Assembly (NCBI GenBank): GCA_027923505.1
Contig: BROI01000012.1
Coordinates: 310,001 to 374,000 of the forward strand
Reading direction: 5' to 3'
DNA length: 64,000 nucleotides
DNA from: Mayamaea pseudoterrestris
Taxonomy: Eukaryota
Shown: positions 35,607 through 48,928 of the stretch, in pieces
Layout of the letters: each line of letters opens with the position of its first letter
How positions within the stretch are numbered: the stretch's first letter is position 1
The notes under the pieces: model-generated
What the model was told of the DNA's origin: nothing
The model's input: only the letters and a program-made list of their open reading frames with translations
Databases searched by the model: none
Program-made: the position numbers and the translations under genes

Positions 35607-37936
35607 TTACAAGATTGACATCAGGGCATACATTGCACCAAGAATGGCACTGCCCATGAAGGGTGTGGAAACCGCATCGCTCGTAGTGTCAGCGTCCGAT
35701 GTCGCAGCATCCGTTGTCGTGATAACCGTCAATGCCTCATCCACACAGTTAAATTCCCACAGTGAAACCGTGCTCGACCACGCTCCCGCAAACAAAATTG
35801 CGGCCTTGCCTGTCGGGCTATCCTCTTCGCTTAGAAATTGGAGGCTTTCGGCATCAACTTCGCCTAAAGTGCCTGCCTCGTAAGCAAGCCCAGCGTTGAG
35901 TGACTCTGATACCGGAGACAAGTGAAACGTCGATAAAATGCACGGGCTTGATCCATTTACTGGTAGGTGATAGACGTATCCAATGCCATTCTTTTCATTT
36001 GACGTTGCCATGTATTGCTCTCCACATGCATTTCCAAAGACGACAGTTGCTGGCGATGGTCCGTCCTTCGCACTTCGTTCGTCAACAGTCTCCTTCAATG
36101 GGCAAGCACCAGACTCACCATTCCCGCCGTCCACACAGCCATCTTCGTCAGGATCATTCATCTCGTCAATCGTCTCACGAAGGCCATCATCGGCTGGTAA
36201 ACTATTGTAAAAAGCTCCTCCTACCGGAGAAAACTCCTCGTCTTGGATGGAGTTGTGCGCAAACGGAAAGCTTGCGCATCCCAACCGTTCAAACTCGTCC
36301 TGCGAGTCCCAAACAAGCTCGAGGCCCGAGCCGGTCACTTCAAACAAAGATACGCCACGTCCACCAATGCCAACCAATTGGAAGATATTGGGAGCCTCAG
36401 GATTTGAGTAATCGACAGATCTGTCATGTCGATTGATTGCATTGTGTGAGGCGACGAATGATGAGGATCGACGCTTATACTGCCGCAGTGAAACACTTAC
36501 GATGTTCCCAAAGTAAATCGCATGGCATCTTGGCAAAAGGGTGTTGCTTCGTTTGTCTCGTCGCATGCGCTGTTGTAGAAGCGACTCGAACCTTTCGTGA
36601 GACTTGACGGATCAAAGACCGACTCACTGGCCGTCATGCCTGAATAGGCCAGCGCGGCGCCCACAAATACATCACCGCCGCTCACTCGCTCTGCAAAATC
36701 TTCGTATTCTAAATCATCTCCTTCGTTCGCAGTCAAGATGTATTGCCTCGTACGTGATCCCAATGTTCGGCTGAACGCCACAATGGCATCAGGTGATCGT
36801 AGCGTCTGGAGTCCTTCAATGGTTTGTAAAACACACGCACCGTCCTCAACAATGTCAATCGGGATTTTGCTGTGGTCTTTCAAGCCGTACCTGAAAAGGA
36901 AAGTAGTGTTTGTAAGCTACTTGACCAGGTTTAGCTATATAACACGGCATCCGTCCCAACACACGAATGACTTACGAGTGAATGCTTTCCGCGACACCAC
37001 TTGCAACGTCAACAATCACTAAAGCATTATTTTCCTGCAAGCTCACATAAATTTTGGATTCGTCCTCGTTCCACGCCATGTATTCGGGCTCCAAGACGGC
37101 GGCAGTAGTATAATTGGCAATGGCGCCGCTAAAGTTCACATTGAAATCGCTCATGTTCAAACTGTTGTAGTATATCATGGCGTTGAGCGAAAGTGGCAAG
37201 TGCACGTTTTGTGCAATGAGCTCGTCGTCCGACCATTCGTTCAACGAAACCGTCGTGACGAATGGTGGACTGCTGGCGTCGTCGAATGGACCGCGCAGAA
37301 TCGAGACGGAGCCTTCGGGATTAACGAGTCCGACTGTATCGTCGTAGTAACCTTCCCCTTCGTTGGCAGTCGCCACAATGCTACAATTTTCGTTGGCCAT
37401 GATATAGTCCGGCCCATAGCCGACCGTGACGGACTGGATGAATTCTGGTGGACTCAACGTTCCATTTTCACCACGCTTCGACTTTTGGTAAACTTGAACA
37501 GCTCCCGGATTGGGATCATCCTTTGTTGCAATCATGAGCAATTCACCACAGACGACAATGTCCGTCAAGTCAAACTCTAGCGGCAGATCAAACGGAGCAA
37601 GTTTGGCGTTTGGCCAGTCGCCAAAGTCCGTGACGGTAATAAAGCCAAGTTCCGAGCCGCCGTAAAAGATCTTTTCCGAAGCGTCATAGTAGGAGCTTTC
37701 CAAGCCTCCGAATCCGTATCCGTATCTGAACCAGAGAAAAACGAGTGTGAACAAAATTGTGTCTGTCATCGTCAGCAGCAGCATAACGATGATTATGCTC
37801 ACAAGTCAGGCGCGCCTTGGGTCGTTCCATTTTTGTATCCAGACGGCACGTAGAAGCGCCCGTTGAGCGTAAAATCAACCTTGGCATTCACCAGTGATGG
37901 GAGCAGGAGCAGCAGCAAACCACTGCGCATCATCAT
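35607..37936 (-). CDS. Secreted choice-of-anchor-I family (alkaline-phosphatase-associated) beta-propeller protein, 4 exons; introns 37726-37802, 36891-36975, 36421-36500
   Basis: VGYGPD, ATANEGE, NPEGSVSI, LEPEY, VSLQENNAL, GLKDH, PDAI, LTANEGD, GGRG, WDS and DERSAKDGP. Signal peptide, Thr/Ser stalk and hydrophobic tail. All three GT-AG introns keep frame. Confidence 0.82.
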
Positions 37937-38200
37937 GATGAAGAATCAGCAAAGATGCAAAATGTGGCGGCATCATTTGCGACGAAAATGTGAGCAAAGA
38001 TTCGAACAGATTCACGCCTTGCTCGCGTTAAGTAGCCACGTGCTCCATCACTCGCAGCAGTCAGCAATGTTAGCTAGGGTCCTCACAAGCGCAAAGCAGA
38101 CGTCTTTCATTGACAAATTCAGTTCGTTTTCGAAAATCTAGCAACAAGAAGGAATTAAATGCAGCTTTTGGTGAAAGAGCAATCAATGAACTGCCTTCCG

Positions 38201-39250
38201 CTAGTCTGCTGCCGACGCAAAGAGCAGGCACGCGTCACTTGCAAACGGCAATGCGCTCAGCAAAGCACTCTCCTCGAGTAACACTGCTCCATCGACGGAT
38301 AGGGTGAATGGGCGCGCATGCGACGACGAGCCGCACAGAAAGTTTAGTGCCGATGCCACGTCATGCGCATCCACCGCGGCCACGGAGCAAACCCACGGTG
38401 ACTGCAGACTCTGAATCTTGTCGTCCTTGACGAGCGCCACGGCGGCAGTTTCATGCGATGATTTCCAAATGGTCTTGTGATTTAAACATTCTTCCACTTG
38501 TCGTTGCGAAAGTAGCTCGTACAAGCCTGGCATGAAGCCCAGTCCGCCGTTATTTTGCACGTTGCGCAACACGGTTTGCAACTCCGCCATGTCTGTCACT
38601 GGTACCCAAGCGTCGTCCAACTCGTTCACCGTAAAGTCTTGTCCGTACGCCTGCAGTAGCGGCTTGGCAGTGCGAGCGTCACCCTTGCTCCATCCCTCCA
38701 ACTTTATCAAGTCGCTAAACTGCAGCTGATGTATGCATCCCACTTGCACTAAGCCGACGCGTTTAAACACCTTGCGCATGGCTACATTGGAAGCCACCGT
38801 GCAGGAATACAGTGTTTGGTTTCGTTGCTGCGCTAGATTCACAAAGTGGCGAGTCAGTTTGGTGGCGCAGCCTTGGTTGACATGCGCTTGTGACGTTCGG
38901 ATTGCTTCGAGCCACAAGATGTTGTGTATACGCAACATGCGCGCGTTCGCGACGGCCAAGACTTGATTAGTGTTGCATAGCACCACGAATTGCGAATCGT
39001 CATCATTGACGAGCGCCTGAGAGGTTTGCGGCAAGTAGTCGCGACCGTTGTAAACGTGCCGACAAATAATTTCCAAGTCGCATTGATCCGTCATATCAAA
39101 TGGACGAATGATATATGCGTCTTGCTGCTGCTGCAATGCAAGTTCCTTGTTACTTGATGGTAGAGTCATGGCTGCAGTCAGTACTTCGCGTAACAGTTTC
39201 ATGAGTTCACGTAAACGCTTTTGTGGAAAACGCCAACCCATGATCGCCAT
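38201..39250 (-). CDS. GNAT-family N-acetyltransferase (NAT16-like); start codon uncertain
   Basis: ICRHVYNGRDYLP, WLEAIRTSQAHVNQGCATKL (acetyl-CoA motif A) and NVAMRKVFKRVG. Confidence 0.75.
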   Translation of the reverse strand: MAIMGWRFPQKRLRELMKLLREVLTAAMTLPSSNKELALQQQQDAYIIRPFDMTDQCDLEIICRHVYNGRDYLPQTSQALVNDDDSQFVVLCNTNQVLAVANARMLRIHNILWLEAIRTSQAHVNQGCATKLTRHFVNLAQQRNQTLYSCTVASNVAMRKVFKRVGLVQVGCIHQLQFSDLIKLEGWSKGDARTAKPLLQAYGQDFTVNELDDAWVPVTDMAELQTVLRNVQNNGGLGFMPGLYELLSQRQVEECLNHKTIWKSSHETAAVALVKDDKIQSLQSPWVCSVAAVDAHDVASALNFLCGSSSHARPFTLSVDGAVLLEESALLSALPFASDACLLFASAAD

Positions 39251-39623
39251 GGTCAATCGCTGGCTGACGCATTTGAAATAATGAAGATATAAATCCCGCT
39301 ACGACATGAAAGATCAATCGTGTTTCATCATCAATGACCTTCACGGCGCGGAGATGCGAAGGCATAATTGACTGTGTCAATTCTGATTGGCTGCTGAAAT
39401 GTCATTGATCGCGATCAATGGAGCGGATGACTGGCACAGTCATTTTGGTCACGCTTGAAATACTCCGCGAAATCTCTCGATCGCGCCTACAGCCAAGCAA
39501 GGGAGGGCTTAGCACAACAGGATCTCATCAATCTACCATCTCGTGTCGGGCAAATTGGAAGCCTCTATAGTCATACACGCATTCACAAATTGCTCCAGCA
39601 AGCAAGCAAAAAGTTTGTCCTTC

Positions 39624-42600
39624 ATGTCACTCTTTGACGACACGGTCTTTGCCATTACGCAGGCTCCCACCAAAATGGCAGACTCTAACAACTCTCCGGC
39701 ACCGACACCCAACCTGCGAGCGTCCAATACTGCAGCTCCCACCTTAGATGCAACGACTGCTCCCACCATTACCTCTTCTACTGCAGCCACGGAAGCTCCA
39801 ACGCTTGCATCCACTAGTGCAAACAACGACGATGTCGCACCAACGCAAGGAACATCAAGCAGCGGCGGCAGCAAGAATAACAACGCAGTCCTCGACGGCG
39901 ACACTGGCGTCCTGACGTCCCTTCGCTACTACGACCAGATTCGCTCCGACGCCACCAGCGTTGAACGCAAACCCAAGAGCAATGTTGATTTGCTTCCAGA
40001 TGAAAACATTGCCATTTGCCACATTTCCCATATTACATCCTTTACGCACGGCGACTATACACCCACCCGCGTCGAAGTCGAGGACGCTTACTCGGTGGCG
40101 CTGGCGCTGCACCACTTGAACGTTGGCGACGGAAGCATTGTGCCGCAAGTGGCGGGATTGCCGGATCGTTGCAACGTGAGATTCACTGTCGAATACACGG
40201 ACGACCAGGACCAAGGCGGCGTGTCACTGGCCGCCGTGGTGGAGCAAACGTCGCGTGTACAACACTTGCCGTGCGCGTTTATCGGCAATTCACGATCGTC
40301 CGTGAGCATTCCCACGAGCATTGTCACGGGGTTCTTGGGATATCCGCAAATATCCGGCTACTCGACCAGTGTCGAACTGGATGATCCCTCGCAGTATCCA
40401 TTGTTTGGAAGAACCATTCCATCCGATGTTGGCAATTCCGTGCCCATTATCAAGTTCATGGTGGATGTATTGCAGTTGGAGCATTTGGTGGTGATTAACG
40501 TGAACGACGCCTACGGCAATGCCTTTGTCGATGGACTGCGCATGGCGGCCGACGAATATGCGCCATCTATGAATATTCATCAGATTCCACTCGATGAGGG
40601 ACAAGGGTCGATTGAGTTGGTGGTGCAGCAACTGAAACTGACCAACTATCGCTTCGTATTTTGCGTCGTCTTTACGCAGGAACTTAACGACGCGTTAATG
40701 ACGGAAGCGGTCAAGCAGGGAGTGGCGGGGAATGGCGTGACCAACTGGATCTACGGAGATTCGTTCACGGGCTTGCTGGATGGACGCACGTTTGAAAAAG
40801 ACTCGGTGCTGGCCAAGGCGTACCAGGGAGTCGGACTCATGGAGGCGGCCGGTGGTGTTCCAGGTATGCCGTCCTATGATGCGTATCAGAAGCAAATGAT
40901 GAAGCTAAAGGACAAGATTGACTTGAAGTATGTGGGAGCCTTGCTGCCGAATCACACGAATCCAAACTACCCGGCGTCGTACAAGGAGAATCCGTTCATT
41001 TACAGGGACGATTTTTTGAATCCAGTGACAAACACCTACTCGCCCTTTCACTACGAGGCGGCGATTGCCCTTGGTCTCGCCGCCTGCCAAGCCTCGAACG
41101 AAATGGAGACGCTTGCCATTACGGGAAAGCAGCAGTACGACGCATTTTTAAACACGACGTTTGAGGGCATTGGAGGAACGGTCAAGTTTGATCCAGTCAC
41201 GGGCACGCGGCTGCCCACCAGCACCTTGTATCGGGTCACCAACTGGGTGGAGGAACATGCTGACAACAATATGATTGCCATGAAGCCAGTCACGTCGACA
41301 CTCTTTGTGAACGGAGTGTGGGAGGAGCGCAACCCCTATGTCTTTAACGACGGCACGACCAAGTTGCCAGCGGATATTGCTCCGCCGCCACCGGACAAGA
41401 ACTTGGCGTTGCTTATAACCCTTCCTATTGTCGCTGCATTGATTCTTATTGCAGCCATGTTCATGTGGATGGAAAACAAGCGCCGACAAAACGATTCCGT
41501 CTGGAAAGTGGACCGGGAGGAGCTCAAGTTTAGTGATCCGCCCGTCATTATTGGACAAGGCACCTTTGGAACAGTGCTGCTGGGCGAGTACCGAGGCACA
41601 CAAGTGGCCGTCAAGCACGTGATACCGGCCCGTGGCAGTGAAGGAACTTCACGCGAGACGGATCATTCGCGTTCCTCGGACGGTGGCAGCGATATGGATG
41701 ACGAGGACGAAGAAATGGGCGGCAGTGGTGGCCGGGGTCGAAACTCTTGGGCCGGTGCCTCGGTGGGAACCATGTCGACGACGAACAGCAAGATGAAGAG
41801 TGGAATGACGAGTCAAACGGTGCTTCACAAGAGCTCGTCAGGAGGTAAGAGTCGCGAGAGCCAGAATGCAATGCGACGACGCTTGCGGGCCGAGTTTATG
41901 GAGGAGATGAGATACTTGTCCAAGCTCCGTCATCCTTGCGTGACAACCATTATGGGTGCAGTGGTTGATCGGGAGGATCCCATGATGATTATGGAATACA
42001 TGGACCATGGATCACTTTATGACTTGCTCCATAATGAGACGGTGGCGCTAGAAGGTGACATGTTGCTCAACTTTTTGAAGGATATTACGCAAGGAGTTCG
42101 CTTTCTTCACTTGGCGATACCTCAAGTGATTCACGGGGATTTAAAGGCAGCCAACATTCTTGTCGACAACCGCTTTCGTGCCAAGGTTGCTGATTTTGGA
42201 CTGTCACAAAAGAAGAATCTTGGGGGCACGGGTACACCCTTTTGGATGGCGCCCGAGTTGCTGCGCAAAGAAAGTGCCAACACTGCCGCCACTGACGTCT
42301 TTTCCTTTGGAATCATTCTTTATGAGGTCTATTCTCGCCGTGACCCATACGAAGGTGAAGATGCGCGGGTGGTTCTCAAGGGAATAATTGACAAGAAGGT
42401 TCAAAAGCGCCCGCCTGCGCTCCGCAACATGTGCGACCAAGTAAAACAGTTAATGTCGGATTGCCTAGAAGACTCCCCTATGATGCGTCCAACGTTTGAG
42501 GAACTCGATACTCGTTTGAAGCGAGTGAACGCGGAGGAAATTATTGCAGGAGGAGAATCAAGGTCGAAGGGGACAGTCTCCTTGTTTGATATTTTTCCGC

Positions 42601-43850
42601 GTCACATTGCCGAAGCCTTACGGGATGGCCGTCAAGTGGAACCAGAACAACGCGACATTGTCACCATCTTTTTCAGTGACATTGTTGGTTTTACTGATAT
42701 TTCATCTACACTTGAACCGAGGAAGGTTGCGACAATGCTTGATCGGTTGTATACCAAGTTTGATCACCTATCTCAGGTTCACGAAATCTTTAAACTGGAG
42801 ACGATTGGGGATGCCTACGTTGGTACGTGTCGCACTGATTGTTTGTGATGGCATTTTGACTCGAAGATATATATAAATCTCACTCACTCTCCTTTGCTGA
42901 CAAATGCAGCCGTTACAAATCTTGTCAAGGATCAACCCGATGATCATGCCAAGCGTATTGCCGAGTTTGCCATTGACGCAATTGTAGCCGCAAATGAAAC
43001 GCTTGTGGACGTTGACGATCCTGCCAAAGGGTATGTTAACATACGCGTAGGTTTTCACTGTGGTCCAGTGGTTGCAGATGTTGTTGGAACAAGAAACCCC
43101 AGGTACTGCCTCTTTGGCGACGCTGTAAATACGGCCTCTCGAATGGAAAGCAACTCCAAGGAGAATCGCATCCACTGCTCAGATATTGCTGCGACGGTAC
43201 TTCGGGAGCAGTGTCCGCAAATGGCGCTCCGAAGCCGTGGCAAAATCAAGATCAAAGGTAAGGGTGAAATGCGTACTTGGTGGGTAAATGAAGGTGTCGG
43301 GCAGCGTCGCCTATCAAGGGATGGTACCGAGGAAGAATTGATCATCAATAAACGAATGAATGCCGTTCGTGAGGAACCCTCAGCTGAACTATTGGCCGAG
43401 AAGCCGTCGGTCGAATTCGAATTGAAGAAATTTCGATCATCATCGAGTATTCCTGAGGACAGGCGATCAAACATAAGCATTCCTGAATTCAAGCAATCCT
43501 TTAGCGGCATACCAGAGGAAAAAGACTCAACGGAGCCACCGCTTCAAGAAACGGCGCCGGAACCAGTTGCCTCACCGCCACCAGCAAAGCAAATTCGCAC
43601 GCATACCTTTGAAGCACCACCAGGCAAGCTTGGGATTGTCATTGACACGAGCGGGGGAACACCAAAAGTGTATCAGGTGCACCACATGTCGGCCATTCGT
43701 CAGCACATTGCAGTGGGTGATATAGTTTGCGAGATTGACGGCGTAAATACTCGCCGAATGTCGCACACGGAAATCAGTTCTTTGATGGTAGCTAATGCGG
43801 GCCATACACGCAAGTTCAAGATTGAGCGTATGGTGGACGGAAGCGCCTGA
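39624..43850 (+). CDS. Receptor-type guanylate cyclase: ANF/Venus-flytrap ectodomain, TM, protein kinase, cyclase, PDZ; intron 42823-42909
   Basis: Ectodomain [11 protein letters not shown]...[11 protein letters not shown]. Kinase [24 protein letters not shown]. Cyclase [41 protein letters not shown]-like [10 protein letters not shown]...GDIVCEIDG. Confidence 0.92.
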
Positions 43851-44074
43851 GGTTGAGCTTTAAGAGTGCGACGTAAGTCGGAACGACAGTTGGATGTATA
43901 CGTCGCGAGAGTTAGTTGATGTACATTAGTTAGTTAAAGTTGACGACAAAGTTAAGTTGTTGTTACTTATTTTCTGTCGTCATTAGCATTAAAATTAGTC
44001 GTCGCAGCCTGCATCTGTGCGTCGGGTCAACAAACAATCGCTGTTTGCAGACACCGAGCAAGTAGAAAATAATT

Positions 44075-45745
44075 TTACAGCGGGCACGACACAACGGCTC
44101 CCACCAGTCCATTCGCTCGATAGAGACATGACTGCATGAACAAGCCACACACATCGGCCACTAATATTCCAATCGACTCGGCCACACTCGTGGCGGCCAA
44201 GGCAAACTCGGTTTCATGCGCCGGCTTGTCCAATACAATGCGCTTGTAGCCGTGCACGTAGACGGCGCCACCAAGCAAACCAGTGTACAAGCATATTCCG
44301 TACATGAGCAAGGGACTGTAGAGCCAGCTTGTTGGTGTCACAATGATTTGTTCACTGTCATTCTCACGAACAATCACAGTCGCTGCATAGTTGGCCGCCA
44401 CCAAGACAAAAAAGAGTAGATTGAAACACTGCAGCAGCGGCAACATCCACAATACCGTCAGTGACAGCGTCACCATGGTGCCCGACGACCGCGACACAAA
44501 GACTCCCATTTGATACAACCAATTGGCATTCGTGTAGAAGCGACTCCGCGCGTTTACGTCCGTGACGGGAAAGCCAACGGCCGTCCAAGCGCCCGACATG
44601 CAGGCGTACTCGGCTGCGTAGACGATAAAGAGTGGAACGGTATATGGCCAAAGGGCAAATATTTGGTAAAAGCGCTGGGAGAGTGTTAATTGAGGGCGAT
44701 TTGATGGAGATGGAGACGGAGACGAAAGAGTTTCGTAATGCTGTTCGTCTTGATGTTGCTGTTGTTGCTGAATCATGGTCGACGACAAGGGGTCGAGCTG
44801 CAGGCGGACCTGGCTCGTCAATGGAATTTGCTCGTCGCTCTCTTCACCATTAGTGCCGTCGTCAAATTGAACATCATCCGTGTTGCGACGCTCTCGTCGA
44901 CTGTCAGTAGAGTGGCGGAGGTAGTCACCCATGTTTCGAAAAAAGACGTAGTAATACGCCAAGGCCAAGAAGATTCCCGACAGTAGCGTCGCCTCCAACG
45001 TCCAGCCAATCCATTGCGTCAAGACAACCTTCCAACCAAAGGCAAAGACTCCGCTCAAGCCAGTTCCCGATGAAAAGCTAGTGAGGCAGCTTGCGGATGA
45101 TGGTACAGCGTCGGTATTGCTTTGCTTGTTTTCATAGATTGCAGCTTGCGGCAACTCATGCGCAGTTGTTCCGCTTGTTCCATTCGCTTCCATTCCTAGC
45201 ATTATTCGACTAGTCGTTGCTTGCTGCTGCTGCAGCAGTTGTTGCTGATCCAGTTTACCAGCCAGCGCCAGCAACGACGCTTCGCCCAAACCACCCTGCA
45301 ACGCCATGACTGCCACTCCAAACAACTGCCCATGCACGTTGTTTCGCCAGTGACAGTAGGCCACAATTACGAAAGCCACTCCCATGATGACTGCCGCTAC
45401 TCGCATGCGCCTGTTGTACGTCACCAAATGGAACCAGTGCGGCGCCGACGCCTTTATCACCAAACTGGGAAGGACGGTGGCTATAAAGACGAGCGCCGTG
45501 CCACCTTCGGAAATGCTCTTGGCGCAGGCTAGCATGAGACAGTAACTGGCATTGTTCAGTAAACCGAGTGTGAAGAATGAAAATGATAGTGTATTGGTGT
45601 TGTTGTTTTGTATAGTGATGGATGTAGTCGCTAATGGCGTCGAGGCAGCCTTGAGCTTATTGCTGATGCTATTTCGCTCGTTATCATTGTCTGCTAGCGT
45701 CTCAGAATGACTACTGTCATCCATTGTAATGCTTCGACGAGACAT
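44075..45745 (-). CDS. CLN3: Battenin / CLN3 family lysosomal-vacuolar membrane protein, 556 aa
   Basis: FFTLGLLNN, GLGEASLL, FSSGTG, PLFIVYAAEY, YQMGVFVSRSS and GLLGGAVYV. Confidence 0.9.
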   Translation of the reverse strand: MSRRSITMDDSSHSETLADNDNERNSISNKLKAASTPLATTSITIQNNNTNTLSFSFFTLGLLNNASYCLMLACAKSISEGGTALVFIATVLPSLVIKASAPHWFHLVTYNRRMRVAAVIMGVAFVIVAYCHWRNNVHGQLFGVAVMALQGGLGEASLLALAGKLDQQQLLQQQQATTSRIMLGMEANGTSGTTAHELPQAAIYENKQSNTDAVPSSASCLTSFSSGTGLSGVFAFGWKVVLTQWIGWTLEATLLSGIFLALAYYYVFFRNMGDYLRHSTDSRRERRNTDDVQFDDGTNGEESDEQIPLTSQVRLQLDPLSSTMIQQQQQHQDEQHYETLSSPSPSPSNRPQLTLSQRFYQIFALWPYTVPLFIVYAAEYACMSGAWTAVGFPVTDVNARSRFYTNANWLYQMGVFVSRSSGTMVTLSLTVLWMLPLLQCFNLLFFVLVAANYAATVIVRENDSEQIIVTPTSWLYSPLLMYGICLYTGLLGGAVYVHGYKRIVLDKPAHETEFALAATSVAESIGILVADVCGLFMQSCLYRANGLVGAVVSCPL

Positions 45746-46424
45746 GAATGGCTTGCTGTTGCAGTGCTACTTGTACCAGTAGAGCAGCTCCTCTGCTGTC
45801 ATGGTGGCAGTCGCTGGTTGGTGCTGTCGTCGAGTCGAAGGAAGAGTCGCACCACTACTGAAAACGACATGATGACGTTTTGATGCTACCCTGTGAATCA
45901 TAGCCAGCATTCCAGCTCGTTGCTCAAAAACAGTCTCCATGGCAAGGTTTGGTACTATGTTAACAAAATGCCATCGCCGGTGTTGATAGCTGCAGTGTCA
46001 GCTTTATTTGCAACCTTACACTGAGCTGAAGATATAACATGTCAGCACAGCTCATCGATGAACTTCAAGTTATGCAGGAATACATCGTGGCGACTTGAAT
46101 AGAGTAGTGCACCTTCTTGCTGACGAACGAACGGTTCTCGCAGGGCGTGGTTCATCAAAACCATTTGGCGTTTCCCTTGCTAGGAAGCCCCTTGGAGCTA
46201 GAAAGAGCCTCGTTCCGCCACGCCGTTTCTTTCAAATGCTCAATGGCGTTCGAATCGCTGGTTTGTCGTCTTGTACGCGGCGGGAATACCCTTTAACAAA
46301 TGCTAGTGAGTAAAAATGCTGACATCAGCATCATTCGATGCCACGAAAGATCGAAGCTCGCGTTTTCGCTTCACAAATAATCTTTCCAAGCATATCGACC
46401 GAAAGCAACTTTAACTTACACACC

Positions 46425-47114
46425 ATGGCAGCAGTCGCAGCTCACTTTACACGCATTGCCCGAGTATCGACCAACACACGCGTCAAGTATGCGCAGCAGT
46501 ACATGAACAAGCCCGAGCAGCCTTCCAGTCCCGGCGGCGATGCAGGCAATGCCGACTCGTCGAGCCTTTGCAGCACCATGTCGAGGCTGCAGTTTGACGG
46601 ATACGAGTGGGACGTTTCGGATGATAATGACCATGAAGCCTTGGCACGACGACTAACGCGGAAGATAACGACACTGCAAACGAATGGTCATGATAACGAC
46701 ATGAACCCTGCTAATCAAGGCCTCAACCCTGCGGACGACACGCCGGCACCAAGCTCACCTTCTCGCAACGCTAGTCGGCCTCAAATTCTGGCCCGGTTTG
46801 ATACAGACGCCCGCATGCTCATGGCGCCATCCCAATCTGCTAGACTGGCGCGACAGATTAGCGAGGAGCAGCGTCAAGAAGCATCATTATCAACAGAAGC
46901 AGCACCAAAGACAGTCATTCTCCGCATTGCTCCAGTCGAGCCAAAGGCAAAGGCGACAGAAGCAACAAATGATCCTGTTCACACCACTGCCGCGTTGGAA
47001 CCAGTCCAGCAGGTGCCAGTGGCGACGCCCTTGCTCACCACGCGACGATTCCGCGAGGGACGAAGCTCGTTCATGTCCCGGTCATCATCTGAACCAAGAA
47101 TGAGCCACATTTGA
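46425..47114 (+). CDS. Hypothetical low-complexity protein
   Basis: ATG in CACCATGG context, about 229 codons, followed by an AT-rich 3' region. No recognisable domain. Confidence 0.5.
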   Translation: MAAVAAHFTRIARVSTNTRVKYAQQYMNKPEQPSSPGGDAGNADSSSLCSTMSRLQFDGYEWDVSDDNDHEALARRLTRKITTLQTNGHDNDMNPANQGLNPADDTPAPSSPSRNASRPQILARFDTDARMLMAPSQSARLARQISEEQRQEASLSTEAAPKTVILRIAPVEPKAKATEATNDPVHTTAALEPVQQVPVATPLLTTRRFREGRSSFMSRSSSEPRMSHI

Positions 47115-48928
47115 ATACATATAATAGATATTTTCTATAGCAAAATACATTTACATGGTAGAGTACAGTACTATGCGTACTGTTTTGCTTTGCTTCACAA
47201 CTACAAGTACTGTAGTGTATGTATACAATTTCATGCATCCACTGAAGTTAGCTGAAGTATCGGTGGGACATTTGTTTTTGAAACGATTGCTTTTTTACTA
47301 TTGCCTGAAACAGCTGATAATTGGTCCAAAACGATCCGTTACAACTTGCACTTCACTCTCCACGCTAAGTAACGGACTACACAACTGTTGACGTGTAACC
47401 CAACGATGCAGCCTCATTCTTCGTTCCATTCATAAGTAGATATCATAACATTCGCTGAACTCAAGCGTTTATAGCATGCCAAACAAAGCCGTTTGGAGCG
47501 CTGCTGCTCTCGGCGTTTCAGGTGCGTATCTTTTGAACGAAAACCTCAAAGATCGCCGTGTCAAGCAGGAGGAGGAACAACAGCGTCAGATGTATGAGGT
47601 CCAAGAGGAAAAGAAACAACGTGCAGCGGCGATGAGACAGAGAACTGGTAGTACTGCAACTTGGGCGAATGGTGATGCAAACGCAGATAACTTGTCTCCA
47701 TTCTTTGCCGCGATGAGGGAACGATGGGCAATGATGCTTGACGACCTTGAAATTCTAGCAAAGAGCTCCCTTGGACGACAAAAGTCCTTCAAACTGCCTC
47801 TTATTCCGTCAGAGCATAACGATGCTGCCGAAGTTGTGCTTGGAGCATTACTCGCGCTAGGTGATCCAGGTATGGCCGAGGATCTCCAAAAGTATTCCCA
47901 AAATCCCGGTCTTGCATTAGCCAAATTGTCAGCAGCATCTTTGTCACTCATTCGAGGTGTCTTTGAACGAAAATGGCCATATGATATCAGTGATGGCGAT
48001 CTGGGAGGAATTGTGCAGCTTGCGATTCGAGACGATGGTCCACAGCAAGGCGAACCTTCCATGTTTGTTCTTGAAAGCTGTAAGCGGAACATTTCAGATC
48101 TTGCTGGTTTGGTGGCAAGCCTGGGCCTATACATATTTCAGGAAGATTGCTTCCAGAATAAGCTGTGCGGCACGCCGCCAAAACTTCGCATGAGGTTCAC
48201 TACCGCTTCAACTGGGTGGAATGCAACTGGGTGGAATGGGCGACTCTACTTGACCAATTTCCCGAACAAGAGTTTTTCTCTACCAGCCTACCAAACAAAT
48301 CAGAATACATGGGCGTGTAGCTATACAAATGTCCGTCTGGAAAGTGGTACGAGTCAAACATGCCGTGCTCCTAACCTCGAACGGGCCATGTATCATCTCG
48401 CTACGGCCATGGCGTACAGAACTGCCAATGTTGCCGCAAGCCGCTTGAAAGAGCTAGAAGAAAGCCTCTTAGTTGCAAAACCCAATCCTTGGAACCAAAA
48501 AGGATTGTCACTGGAGCATGTGGCAGTCAAAGCTTGTAATGAAACGGAACTGCTGCAAATCCTGGAGCAGAGTGATCGCACGCTGATTGAACACAATCAA
48601 ACCAAGATCTGCGAGACAATATCGTCTATTCTAGAAATAAGTATTCCTTTTCCTGAAAATCCGCTGGATACGGATGAAGTCCAAGGTCCGTCGCCTGCAT
48701 TGAAAATGGAGGTGGCTACCTTCGCACAAGAATACGTCCAGTTGCTCAATCTGTCGTACTGCGAAGTGCCTAAATTTCGAAACAAAGCTCCATCTCAATG
48801 TGTCAGCAAGTCGCGGGTGACTGACCAAGCTATCAAAGGTTTCATAACAGCAGTGCCCCCAGCGCATCATCGCTTGCGTCGAAAGTACGAGAAAAACGAA
48901 CGCGATCGGTACGTTCTCGAGTTTAACT

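Noticed and set aside
48209..48238. 15-bp tandem duplication CAACTGGGTGGAATG
   Set aside because: Real, but a simple in-frame slippage (TGWNA/TGWNG) with nothing further to support a function.
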